Of a DNA stretch of 64,000 bases, positions 55,786 to 64,000 are shown in pieces. A model generated the notes under the pieces. The model saw only the letters and a list, made by a program, of their open reading frames with translations. It had not been told where the DNA came from and searched no databases. Source of the DNA: Thiotrichales bacterium (GTDB lineage Bacteria > Pseudomonadota > Gammaproteobacteria > GCF-002020875); contig JABHVM010000011.1 of assembly GCA_018658305.1 (NCBI GenBank), forward strand, positions 3,551 through 67,550. Reading direction: 5' to 3'. The position numbers and the translations under genes were made by a program. Positions within the stretch are counted from its first letter, which is position 1; every line of letters begins with the position of its first letter.

Positions 55786-56979
55786 GTGATGCAGAGTGCA
55801 AGAGTCCCCGCTATTGAGTTTGGTTCAGGCTCTTCTAGTCAACTGGCAAGCTTGGCGCAAGCGTATGGTGTGCGTTTACTTCTGATTACAGGTAAATACT
55901 CCTTCGAGCTCTTAAATAACCGCCAGGAACTGCTGCAGCAGATTGAATCTTCAGAGCTACATCTTGTCGCCCACCTTCAAGTTTCTGGAGAGCCATCTCC
56001 TCAACAGATAGATCAGATAGTGGCAGCGCATACGACTCAAAATATTGAGCTGGTTGTTGCGATTGGAGGAGGTAGTGTGCTTGATGCAGCGAAAGCAGTT
56101 GCTGGATTACTTCCTAGTGGTGAATCAGTGATGGCGTATCTTGAAGGGGTGGGGCGAGGCGAGCAGTATGATGGCAATGCACTCCCCTTTATAGCGCTGC
56201 CAACCACCGCTGGCACCGGCTCTGAGGTGAGTATGAATGCAGTGTTAGCCGATCGTGAGAAAGGGTTCAAAAAATCATTTCGACACCCAGCCCTAATTCC
56301 ACAAGTTGCGATCGTCGATCCCGATTTTCTTGCCAGCTGTCCAGCATGGCTGCTCGCTGCCAATGGCTGTGATGCGCTAAGCCAACTGCTGGAATCTTAT
56401 CTTTCTAAGAATGCCACTCCCTTTACCGATAGCCTTGCGGAGAGCGCGATAGAGAAGATGGGGCAGGGGTTAATCCCCCTTTGGGATAGTCAAGGAGCAG
56501 ATGCGAAGGCGCGTGAGGCGGTCGCCTACGGCTCGATGATCTCAGGCATTACGCTCGCCAATGCTGGGTTAGGGACAGTGCATGGTCTAGCGGGACCGAT
56601 TGGAGGTCTGTTTAAGATTCCACACGGCGTGGTCTGTGGCACCCTGTTAGCAGAAGCAAATCGTGTTAATATTGAAGTCCTGTTAGCGCGTGATGATACT
56701 TCTATAGATATGGTAGCGGAGAGAATTGCACTGCATAAATATGCCACCATTAGCGAAAAACTAGGGTTTGCACAACAGAGCGATTCTATTGAAATAAAAT
56801 TACAAGCACTGATTGAGGGGTTGCGTGGTTGGGTCGAATTGATGAAGATTCCTAAACTTTCCCAGTTTGGAGTGGCAGAGAGAGACTTAAATATGATACT
56901 CTCTCTCTCTGACCAGAAGGCTAATCCTATAAAGCTAACGCAAGCTGAATTTGCAGAGATATTGCGAACTAGATGGTAG
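55786..56979 (+). CDS. iron-containing (group III) alcohol dehydrogenase family protein
   Basis: GGGSVLDAAKAVA NAD motif and His-rich metal-binding motifs. Confidence 0.8.
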   Translation: MMQSARVPAIEFGSGSSSQLASLAQAYGVRLLLITGKYSFELLNNRQELLQQIESSELHLVAHLQVSGEPSPQQIDQIVAAHTTQNIELVVAIGGGSVLDAAKAVAGLLPSGESVMAYLEGVGRGEQYDGNALPFIALPTTAGTGSEVSMNAVLADREKGFKKSFRHPALIPQVAIVDPDFLASCPAWLLAANGCDALSQLLESYLSKNATPFTDSLAESAIEKMGQGLIPLWDSQGADAKAREAVAYGSMISGITLANAGLGTVHGLAGPIGGLFKIPHGVVCGTLLAEANRVNIEVLLARDDTSIDMVAERIALHKYATISEKLGFAQQSDSIEIKLQALIEGLRGWVELMKIPKLSQFGVAERDLNMILSLSDQKANPIKLTQAEFAEILRTRW

Positions 56980-57016
56980 GGATTAAGTTATATTGTATTA
57001 TTTAGAGGCGAATTAT

Positions 57017-57310
57017 ATGTACACAACTGTTGTTTATGTTTCAGTCAAACTGGAATCAGTGGATGCCTTTATAGCAGCGAGTGAGCACAATCACAAAGCT
57101 TCAATTCAAGAGCCAGAGAATCGGCGCTTTGATATTTTGCAAGATGCTACAGACTCTACGCAGTTTATTCTCTATGAGGCCTACACTAGCGAGACGGGCG
57201 CAGCATCTCATAAAAAGACCGCACACTATCTTGCATGGCGTGAGCGCGTTGCGGACATGATGGCAGCGCCGCGTAAGGGTGTCGTCTATCATGGGCACTT
57301 CCCTCAGTAG
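57017..57310 (+). CDS. antibiotic-biosynthesis-monooxygenase (ABM) domain protein
   Basis: About 97-aa ferredoxin-like ABM pattern. The start is placed at the SD-preceded ATG at 57017. Confidence 0.5.
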   Translation: MYTTVVYVSVKLESVDAFIAASEHNHKASIQEPENRRFDILQDATDSTQFILYEAYTSETGAASHKKTAHYLAWRERVADMMAAPRKGVVYHGHFPQ

Positions 57311-57401
57311 TTGCTAAGGTAGAAGATGAGTGGTCTGAGTTTTAAGGAGATATTAAGCTCTTAAACTATTAAATAAAAGAGTAATTAAACAGGAGAGACG
57401 T

Positions 57402-58610
57402 ATGAAGATCGCAACAACATTTTCAACCAATGGTGATACGGTTACTGCAACCAGCGAGGCGATAGCGGCGCTTAAGCAGAAGTTGGGGGCAGATCCTGAC
57501 CTGCTGTTAGCCTACTACTCAGATCCTTATGACAGTGCTGAGCTAACAAAAATTCTACAGAGCGAGACTCCAGAGCAGTGTCAAATTCATGGTGGTACCT
57601 CCTGTCTGGGGTCGATGAGTGATAGCGGTTTTCATAGTAAGGATGGAGTTGGGCTCGCTCTCTGGGGTGTTGTTGATCCGAAAGGGAGCTACGGTACTGG
57701 CAGCGCGATCATCGGAGACTCTCCGGAAGATGCTGCCGCCAATGCATTGGAACAGGCGCTAGATAAATCAGGTCGTATTGGAGAAGTGCCAGCGTTGGTC
57801 TGGATTAATGGTGCGCCAGGGCGTGAAGAGGCACTGATTGCAGGGATTGAATCAATTCTTGGTCCTGATGTGCCCATTGCTGGCGGCAGTACTGGCGATA
57901 ATACCGTCACTGGCAACTGGAAGCAGATTGCAAATGGAGAGGTCTGGAATGATGCGGTGGTGATCTCTGTTCTATTCCCCTCCACTAAAATATCTTATGC
58001 TTTCCATAGCGGATATGATCCTACTAAGATTACTGGGGTAATTACCAAATGCGAAGGAAGAACGCTGTTAGAGATTGACGGTCGTCCTGCGGCAGAGGTC
58101 TATAATAAGTGGACAGAGGGCGCTATTACAGAGATGCTGCCAGATGGTGGTAATGTGCTTGCACTGACTAGTCTCTACCCGCTAGGGCGTATTGTTGGTG
58201 AGGTGGGAGGCGTCCCATACTATAAACTTTCTCACCCTGACGGGGTGCTAGAGAACGGTGGGATGACCCTCTTTAGTGATGTGGCAGAAGGGGAAGAGAT
58301 TACCCTGATGCATGGCACGATAGAGAGCCTCGTTCAGCGTGCAGGACGAGTCACTACTGCTGCAGTAGAGCAGGGTAATTTTCAATCAGAAGAGTTGGCA
58401 GGGGGGCTTGCCATCTACTGTGCTGGCTGTATGTTGACGGTGCAGCCGAAGATGGATGAAGTAGCAAGTTATGTCTCTGCCGCGCTTAACGATACCCCTT
58501 TTATTGGCGATTTTACCTTTGGCGAACAGGGCTGTTTTGTCGGACATGAAAATACTCATGGTAATTTGATGATCTCTATTGTTGCCTTTAGCCATATTCC
58601 TACTGATTAA
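57402..58610 (+). CDS. FIST-domain sensory protein (paralog of 49191-50330)
   Basis: Shares IDGRPAAEVY and overall architecture with the other FIST protein. Confidence 0.65.
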   Translation: MKIATTFSTNGDTVTATSEAIAALKQKLGADPDLLLAYYSDPYDSAELTKILQSETPEQCQIHGGTSCLGSMSDSGFHSKDGVGLALWGVVDPKGSYGTGSAIIGDSPEDAAANALEQALDKSGRIGEVPALVWINGAPGREEALIAGIESILGPDVPIAGGSTGDNTVTGNWKQIANGEVWNDAVVISVLFPSTKISYAFHSGYDPTKITGVITKCEGRTLLEIDGRPAAEVYNKWTEGAITEMLPDGGNVLALTSLYPLGRIVGEVGGVPYYKLSHPDGVLENGGMTLFSDVAEGEEITLMHGTIESLVQRAGRVTTAAVEQGNFQSEELAGGLAIYCAGCMLTVQPKMDEVASYVSAALNDTPFIGDFTFGEQGCFVGHENTHGNLMISIVAFSHIPTD

Positions 58611-58675
58611 TTTTCAGTTCCTAAATATGATTCAAGTAAGTAACGGCTAAATATAAGTATGAAGCACTCTTAATT

Positions 58676-60109
58676 ATGGATAGCGAACAGATCCGCGAAG
58701 CGTTAATTAATCTTGACCGCTCTCGTGAAAGAGAGTCTCTGCTGCGCCGTCAGGCTGACAGCTTACTAGAGGGGTTAGAGATTATCACCAGCGCAAAATC
58801 AACTGATGATATGTTGACCCAACTGTTGGGATTGGTGATTGCGCAACTGAAATGCGACCATGCGTTTATCCTCTCTCCAGATGAGGGGGATAACTTACGC
58901 TGTATAGCCTCAACCTCCCCTCTTTTTTGCCAAAAAAACTGGGTGATCGATAAAGTTTTTCAGCGAGTTCTCTCGGGAAATCCAGTAATGCTGTTTAACC
59001 TAACCCGTGTGGTAGCGTGGCAGCAGCAGTCAGCGGCATTGATGGAAGAGAGTGGCTCGGCACTGCTAATTTCTTTTAAGGGGGTTGATCAGCAGGTGCT
59101 ATTGGTCTGTATTAGTAAAAAACGTGCCTACTTCAATAAGGAGCATTTATCGCTGATGCGGCGAATGGCTCCCATCTCCTCTCATGCACTCCACACCCTC
59201 TATCTTAATGAGCAACTTCAGAGTGAAATTGATGAAAAACACCGTTTTGAAGAGTATGCCGCCTTTCAGTCTGGTATTGCCGAGATGAGCATATCAGTAC
59301 TCCACAATATTGGTAATGCGGTGACAGGCGTGGACGGTAATATTTTAAAGATAGAGCATGAAACTAAGGCGCTCTCTAAATTGGTGAAAATTCTAAGCGT
59401 GAGTCAAGAGTGGATTTCCGAGATGAGAGCGGAGAATATCTCTGCAGAGGAGAAGGACGATAAGCTTACGAAGCTAGAAAAAATATTACAGGGCTCGATT
59501 AAGATGCTCTCTAGTACTGTTTTGAACGATGGAAAAATCAACCATATTATGAGTGCAATTCAAAAATCTAACCAGCACATTGGAGAGATTATCCGGATGC
59601 ATCGAGGGGCCTCTAAATATACGACTAAATCCACTTATTTCTCACTTCGATCAATTATTGTGGATGCGCTTAATTTATTAGAGTCAGCTCTCGAAAAACA
59701 GGGTGTTGCGGTTAAGGTGAGTGTTACTCCACTCAGTGCACAAGGTTATATGAATAAAAATTCACTGGTACAGATGATCGTCAACTTCATTAAGAATAGT
59801 ATAGAGAGTATTCAAGAACAACAGAAGAGTAACTCCAATTTAAAAGGTAAAATGACTCTCTCTGCCGAGCTCAAAGGTGAATCGTTGCTGTTGATGATAG
59901 AGGATAACGGTGTTGGGGTCGCAGCCGAAAAATTAAGAGATATATTTCGTTTTGGAGAGAGCAGTAAGGCGCGTGGCTCTGGGTTTGGTCTCCACTCTGC
60001 GGCAAACTTTGTGCAGAGTTTAGACGGAACGATAGAGATGAAGAGTGCGGGTATTGGTCAAGGGGCTAGAGTAGAAGTGAGAATTCCACAACCACTGAAT
60101 TCAGAGTAA
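58676..60109 (+). CDS. soluble histidine kinase (paralog of 47733-49181; atypical H-box SVLHNIGN)
   Basis: GAF/PAS-like N-terminus, then EYAAFQSGIAEMSISVLHNIGN and an HATPase (DNGVGV...GSGFGL). Confidence 0.72.
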   Translation: MDSEQIREALINLDRSRERESLLRRQADSLLEGLEIITSAKSTDDMLTQLLGLVIAQLKCDHAFILSPDEGDNLRCIASTSPLFCQKNWVIDKVFQRVLSGNPVMLFNLTRVVAWQQQSAALMEESGSALLISFKGVDQQVLLVCISKKRAYFNKEHLSLMRRMAPISSHALHTLYLNEQLQSEIDEKHRFEEYAAFQSGIAEMSISVLHNIGNAVTGVDGNILKIEHETKALSKLVKILSVSQEWISEMRAENISAEEKDDKLTKLEKILQGSIKMLSSTVLNDGKINHIMSAIQKSNQHIGEIIRMHRGASKYTTKSTYFSLRSIIVDALNLLESALEKQGVAVKVSVTPLSAQGYMNKNSLVQMIVNFIKNSIESIQEQQKSNSNLKGKMTLSAELKGESLLLMIEDNGVGVAAEKLRDIFRFGESSKARGSGFGLHSAANFVQSLDGTIEMKSAGIGQGARVEVRIPQPLNSE

Positions 60110-60185
60110 AATAGATCTAAAGAGGATGAGGTGAAATAGAGAGTAAAAGTGCCGTTAATAATTTTAATAGACTAGGAGTTAAGTA

Positions 60186-60395
60186 ATGCAGAAAACAGTC
60201 AACGTGGCAAATGTGATGTGTGGTGGGTGTTCTAGCACCATTGAGAGTAACCTCACAGAGATGGATGGAGTAAATAAGGTTGAAGTTAATGTGGAAAAGA
60301 AGAGTGTAACTCTTGAATTTGAGGATAGTAGAGTAGATGAAGTTATGGCTAAGGTAACAGAAAAACTTACTGAACTAGGGTATCCTGTACAGTAA
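60186..60395 (+). CDS. heavy-metal-associated (HMA) domain protein, CopZ-like
   Basis: 69 aa with the MCGGCSS metal-binding loop. Confidence 0.7.
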   Translation: MQKTVNVANVMCGGCSSTIESNLTEMDGVNKVEVNVEKKSVTLEFEDSRVDEVMAKVTEKLTELGYPVQ

Positions 60396-60399
60396 TATT

Positions 60400-60666
60400 A
60401 TGAATAAAACATTAGCATCTCTAAAGCCAGGAGAGAGTGGATCTCTAGTTAAAATTGAGGGTGAGAATAGACTTAGACAGCGCCTTACAGAGATGGGGTT
60501 TATCAAAGGGACGGTTGTTGGAGTGGACTCAACAGCTCCATTTGGAGATCCTAGATCCTACTCAATTCGCGGGTATCAGATAAGTCTTCGCAATGCTGAA
60601 GCAGAACAGATCATAATAAACCAAGATAGAGTAATGCAGAGCGCAGTTAAGGAAAATGTAGGGTGA
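60400..60666 (+). CDS. feoA: ferrous iron transport protein A
   Basis: 88-aa SH3-like FeoA pattern immediately upstream of feoB. Confidence 0.72.
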   Translation: MNKTLASLKPGESGSLVKIEGENRLRQRLTEMGFIKGTVVGVDSTAPFGDPRSYSIRGYQISLRNAEAEQIIINQDRVMQSAVKENVG

Positions 60667-60670
60667 ATAG

Positions 60671-62806
60671 ATGAGTAAACAAGAGAAGACTGTTCAGGTT
60701 GCTCTGGCAGGTAATCCAAATAGTGGAAAGACAACCCTTTTTAATCACCTTACAGGGGCTCGGCAGCGGGTAGGGAATTTTACTGGGGTAACAGTCACTC
60801 GTAAAGAGGGTGTTGTCTCGCATAAAGGGTGGAAGATCAAGTTGGTGGATCTTCCAGGAACTTATTCACTCTCCTCTAAAACTGTAGAGGAGAAGGTGAC
60901 GAGAGAGTATATTTTAGAAGAGTCCCCAGATCTGATAGTTGACATTGTGGATGCAGGAAACTTGGAGCGTAATTTATTTCTCACTACACAACTTATTGAG
61001 ATGGATATACCGAGAGTCATAGTTCTTAATATGATTGATGAGGTGCGAGCGAAAGGAGTGGTTATTGATACCTCTAATTTCTCTAAACTACTAAGTTCGC
61101 CAGTGGTGGAGACGGTGGGGCGAAGTGGTGAGGGAAAAGATAAGTTGCTTGATGCGATTGTGGAGGTGGCTGAGAGTGGTGGTAAAGCTAGACAGATTAG
61201 AATACCTTATGACAGCCATGTTGAAGAGGCGATAGATAGAACAGAGCAACATATTGCTAAACTTCATGTGGGAAAAGTGGAAGAGGAGAGATCTCGTTGG
61301 TTGGCTCTTAAGCTGTTAGAGGGCGATTCAGATGTGCTCCTGCAAGAGGGAGATCACACAGATCTTATTGAGGCTGCTAAAGAGGAGCAGTTTAAGTTGG
61401 AAGAGTCTCATGGAGAGGATTCACAAACCCTACTCGCCGATGGACGATATGGATTTATTCATGGATTAGTTCAAGAGGTGGAGAGCAAGTCTAAGTCTGT
61501 AACAACACAAAACTTAACTCGTAAAATTGATCAGATACTACTGAATCGTCTCTTAGGGTTGCCGCTATTTCTATTTTTTATGTGGCTTATGTTTCAAACT
61601 ACATTTACCATAGGGCAGTATCCTATGGACTGGATAGATTCTGGAGTTAGTTGGTTTTCAAATATGATGTCAGCAGCTCTTCCCGAAGGGTTAGTACGAG
61701 ATTTAGTGGTTGAAGGAATTATAGGTGGGGTTGGCGGAATTGTAATCTTTCTGCCTAATATTGTATTGCTGTTTCTCTTCATCTCATTCTTTGAGAATAC
61801 AGGTTATATGGCAAGAGCAGCATTTTTAATGGACCATTTTATGCACGGTATAGGACTCCATGGGAAAGCGTTTATTCCTCTATTGATGGGGTTTGGCTGT
61901 AATGTTCCAGCAATAATGGCAGCAAGAACTATTGAAAACCCAAAAGATCGGCTACTCACTATTTTAATTAATCCATTTATGAGTTGCTCTGCACGACTCC
62001 CAGTATATGTTTTGTTGGCAGGAATATTCTTTAGTGAAAATGCAGGAAGTGTAGTTTTCGGACTCTACCTTGCTGGGATATTTGTCGCGATGAGTGCAGC
62101 TTATATAATGAAGAAGACTATGTTTAAAGGTCTCTCTGATCCATTTGTAATGGAGCTTCCTCCGTATAGGATACCGGCACTGCGCTCGGTGATTATCCAT
62201 ATGTGGGAGAAGGCAGTAGAGTTTCTGAAGAAAGTTAGTGGGATTATATTGGTGGGTTCAATCATAATCTGGTTCTTGCAGGCATTTCCACAAAATATTG
62301 AGCTTAGTATGGATTATGGTGCAGCGCAGAATCGTATTGAGCAGCAGATGGTGGCTGGAGAGGAGCAGACTCAAGCGCTCGCAAAACTATCTAATGCGCA
62401 AGCTCAAGAGGAGCAAGAGAAGCGTTATTTAGGGCAGATAGGAAAAACTATACAGCCTATTTTTGAACCATTAGGATTTGACTGGAAAGGGAGTATCGCT
62501 CTCTTAACAGGGTTCGTGGCTAAAGAGATCGTAGTCTCAACTTTTGGAGTTCTCTATAATACTGGCAATGATGTAGACGAAGAGAGTGTAAGTCTACGAG
62601 AAGCTATGGCTGGAAGTATGGCACCAGAAGTTGCGCTCGCCTTTATGGTATTTACCTTACTCTATATGCCGTGTCTAGCTACTATTGCAGTAATTAGGAG
62701 AGAGACTCAATCTTTAGGTTGGACTATGTTCTCGGTTGGAATGGGACTTAGCGTTGCTTGGATATTGGCTTGGGTGGTGGTGCGAGTTGCGCGAGTTCTA
62801 CTATGA
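60671..62806 (+). CDS. feoB: ferrous iron transporter B
   Basis: N-terminal G-protein domain (GNPNSGKTTLFN, DLPG), a GDI region and a polytopic membrane domain. Confidence 0.9.
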   Translation: MSKQEKTVQVALAGNPNSGKTTLFNHLTGARQRVGNFTGVTVTRKEGVVSHKGWKIKLVDLPGTYSLSSKTVEEKVTREYILEESPDLIVDIVDAGNLERNLFLTTQLIEMDIPRVIVLNMIDEVRAKGVVIDTSNFSKLLSSPVVETVGRSGEGKDKLLDAIVEVAESGGKARQIRIPYDSHVEEAIDRTEQHIAKLHVGKVEEERSRWLALKLLEGDSDVLLQEGDHTDLIEAAKEEQFKLEESHGEDSQTLLADGRYGFIHGLVQEVESKSKSVTTQNLTRKIDQILLNRLLGLPLFLFFMWLMFQTTFTIGQYPMDWIDSGVSWFSNMMSAALPEGLVRDLVVEGIIGGVGGIVIFLPNIVLLFLFISFFENTGYMARAAFLMDHFMHGIGLHGKAFIPLLMGFGCNVPAIMAARTIENPKDRLLTILINPFMSCSARLPVYVLLAGIFFSENAGSVVFGLYLAGIFVAMSAAYIMKKTMFKGLSDPFVMELPPYRIPALRSVIIHMWEKAVEFLKKVSGIILVGSIIIWFLQAFPQNIELSMDYGAAQNRIEQQMVAGEEQTQALAKLSNAQAQEEQEKRYLGQIGKTIQPIFEPLGFDWKGSIALLTGFVAKEIVVSTFGVLYNTGNDVDEESVSLREAMAGSMAPEVALAFMVFTLLYMPCLATIAVIRRETQSLGWTMFSVGMGLSVAWILAWVVVRVARVLL

Positions 62807-62967
62807 GTGAGATGACGACGGTGGAGATCGTTGTGCTTGGTGTAGTTTTGCTTTTTGCTACGCACTATCTATGGAGATATATTAAACGAATTTTAGGTAT
62901 AGGTAGTTCGAATGCAGAGTGTGGCGGATGCAATAGTTGTGGCGAATCTAAAAAAATATGCAAATAG
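62803..62967 (+). CDS. FeoB-associated Cys-rich small membrane protein
   Basis: One TM helix then CGGCNSCGESKKICK; overlaps the feoB stop. Confidence 0.5.
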   Translation: MSEMTTVEIVVLGVVLLFATHYLWRYIKRILGIGSSNAECGGCNSCGESKKICK

Positions 62968-63064
62968 CCTTAAAAAAATAAGTATATTAGTTTAATATGA
63001 CTTAGTTGTCATTAATAGTTAATAACTAATAATAAGTCATAAATAATAAAAGGAGTTTTAGTTA

Positions 63065-64000
63065 ATGGACAGATCTGGAGTTGAAAGAGCGTTTATCTCT
63101 TACACTGGAGGGCTTATCCGCTGGAAATGGTTTGCACTGGTAGTTGTTTTTGTTTTAACTGCACTACTGTTAACTAATCTACCTAAGATAACAATCGACA
63201 CCTCTAACGAAGGTTTTCTACGCGCGGATGACCCTATTCTACTTGACTATAACCGTTTTCGTGAACAGTTTGGGCGAGAAGAGGTGGTGCTTATAGCTAT
63301 GCGCCCTCAAAATATTTTTGCGCCTGAATTTGTGGAGACATTGAAAAAATTCCACTCTGAGTTAGAGGAGCAAGTTCCTCATCTAGATGAGGTTACTAGT
63401 CTGGTCAATGTGCGCTACACTGTAGGAAACGAGAGTGAACTCCTGGTAGAAGATCTGATGGAGGCATTTCCAAATACTCCAGAGGGCTATGCAGAGTTGC
63501 GCAGAGTTACGCTATCTCATCCATTCTATAAAAACTTACTTATATCTGAAGATGGAAAAGTTACTACTTTGGTGATTGAGACTAAGGCATTCTCCACTCC
63601 AGAGGTTGAGGATCCGTTAAGTACTGGTTTTGATGATATGGTTGAAGGGGGATTTGATGATGATATTGAACAGAGTTCATCCGAATCAGAAGAGCTAACA
63701 TTCCTAACTGATGCTGAGAATGGTGAAGTTGTTGATGCGGTAATGGAACTGGTTGAGGAGTATCGTAGTGAAGAGTTTCCGTTAGAGGTTGCAGGTTCAC
63801 CTTTAGTGATGGAGATCCTGAAAAAATCGATGCAGAACGATATGCGCAAGTTTACTTTGAGTATGGTCGGGATTATAGTTATCTTCCTCTTTATCACCTT
63901 TAGACGAGGTAGTGGCGTATTTATTCCGTTAGTGGTGGTTATTTTGTCACTTCTCTCAACTATTGCTTTAATGGCAGCGACAGGAGTTCCGCTTAAACTT
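63065..64000 (+). CDS. RND/MMPL-family transporter (HpnN-like), 5' part; continues beyond the window
   Basis: Open frame from the ATG at 63065 to the window end; N-terminal TM helix plus a periplasmic loop typical of MMPL/RND transporters. Confidence 0.55.
   Translation, partial: MDRSGVERAFISYTGGLIRWKWFALVVVFVLTALLLTNLPKITIDTSNEGFLRADDPILLDYNRFREQFGREEVVLIAMRPQNIFAPEFVETLKKFHSELEEQVPHLDEVTSLVNVRYTVGNESELLVEDLMEAFPNTPEGYAELRRVTLSHPFYKNLLISEDGKVTTLVIETKAFSTPEVEDPLSTGFDDMVEGGFDDDIEQSSSESEELTFLTDAENGEVVDAVMELVEEYRSEEFPLEVAGSPLVMEILKKSMQNDMRKFTLSMVGIIVIFLFITFRRGSGVFIPLVVVILSLLSTIALMAATGVPLKL

Overview
This 64-kb window is gene-dense bacterial chromosome with about 45% GC. The Nuo and system-I Ccm genes suggest a proteobacterium, but I cannot name the taxon from sequence alone. 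It reads as an anaerobic or micro-oxic respiratory and envelope locus. From start to end: an orphan nuoM-nuoN pair, then a 17-kb minus-strand block in which a complete clade-II (Sec-type) nitrous-oxide reductase cluster (nosZ, two or three c-type cytochromes, nosB, nosD, nosG, nosH, nosF, nosL, nosY) runs with 4-nt gene overlaps straight into menaquinone biosynthesis genes (menC, a hotdog thioesterase, menD, menB, menF). Next comes a ccmABC-ccmE-ccmF cytochrome-c maturation operon whose CcmC carries an unusual C-terminal CcmE-like OB domain plus a CcmD-like tail. A thiol-disulfide and copper module follows (TlpA/CcmG-like, DsbB, DsbA, a Met-rich periplasmic protein, several cytochromes c, a CopA P-type ATPase) together with an OmpR-type two-component system. 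The region I consider most interesting is a secreted caspase-like (peptidase C14) protease with an acidic Gly/Asp tandem-repeat linker. It is translationally coupled to a lipoprotein and followed by more secreted lipoprotein genes and an OmpR/histidine-kinase pair. All of these share a conserved 45-bp upstream element built from phased CTTAAG direct repeats, which I read as a putative regulon. Further on are two mirrored FIST-sensor plus soluble histidine-kinase modules. They flank a scarred locus: a PD-(D/E)XK/AAA-ATPase-like gene bracketed by 70-bp direct repeats, a truncated cheA pseudogene, a (CA)15 microsatellite and copies of a 27-bp repeat. The window ends with feoABC preceded by a CopZ-like gene and the 5' end of an RND/MMPL transporter gene. 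I found no rRNA, tRNA or CRISPR array. All calls rest on my own reading of the ORF translations and the DNA; no database search was possible.
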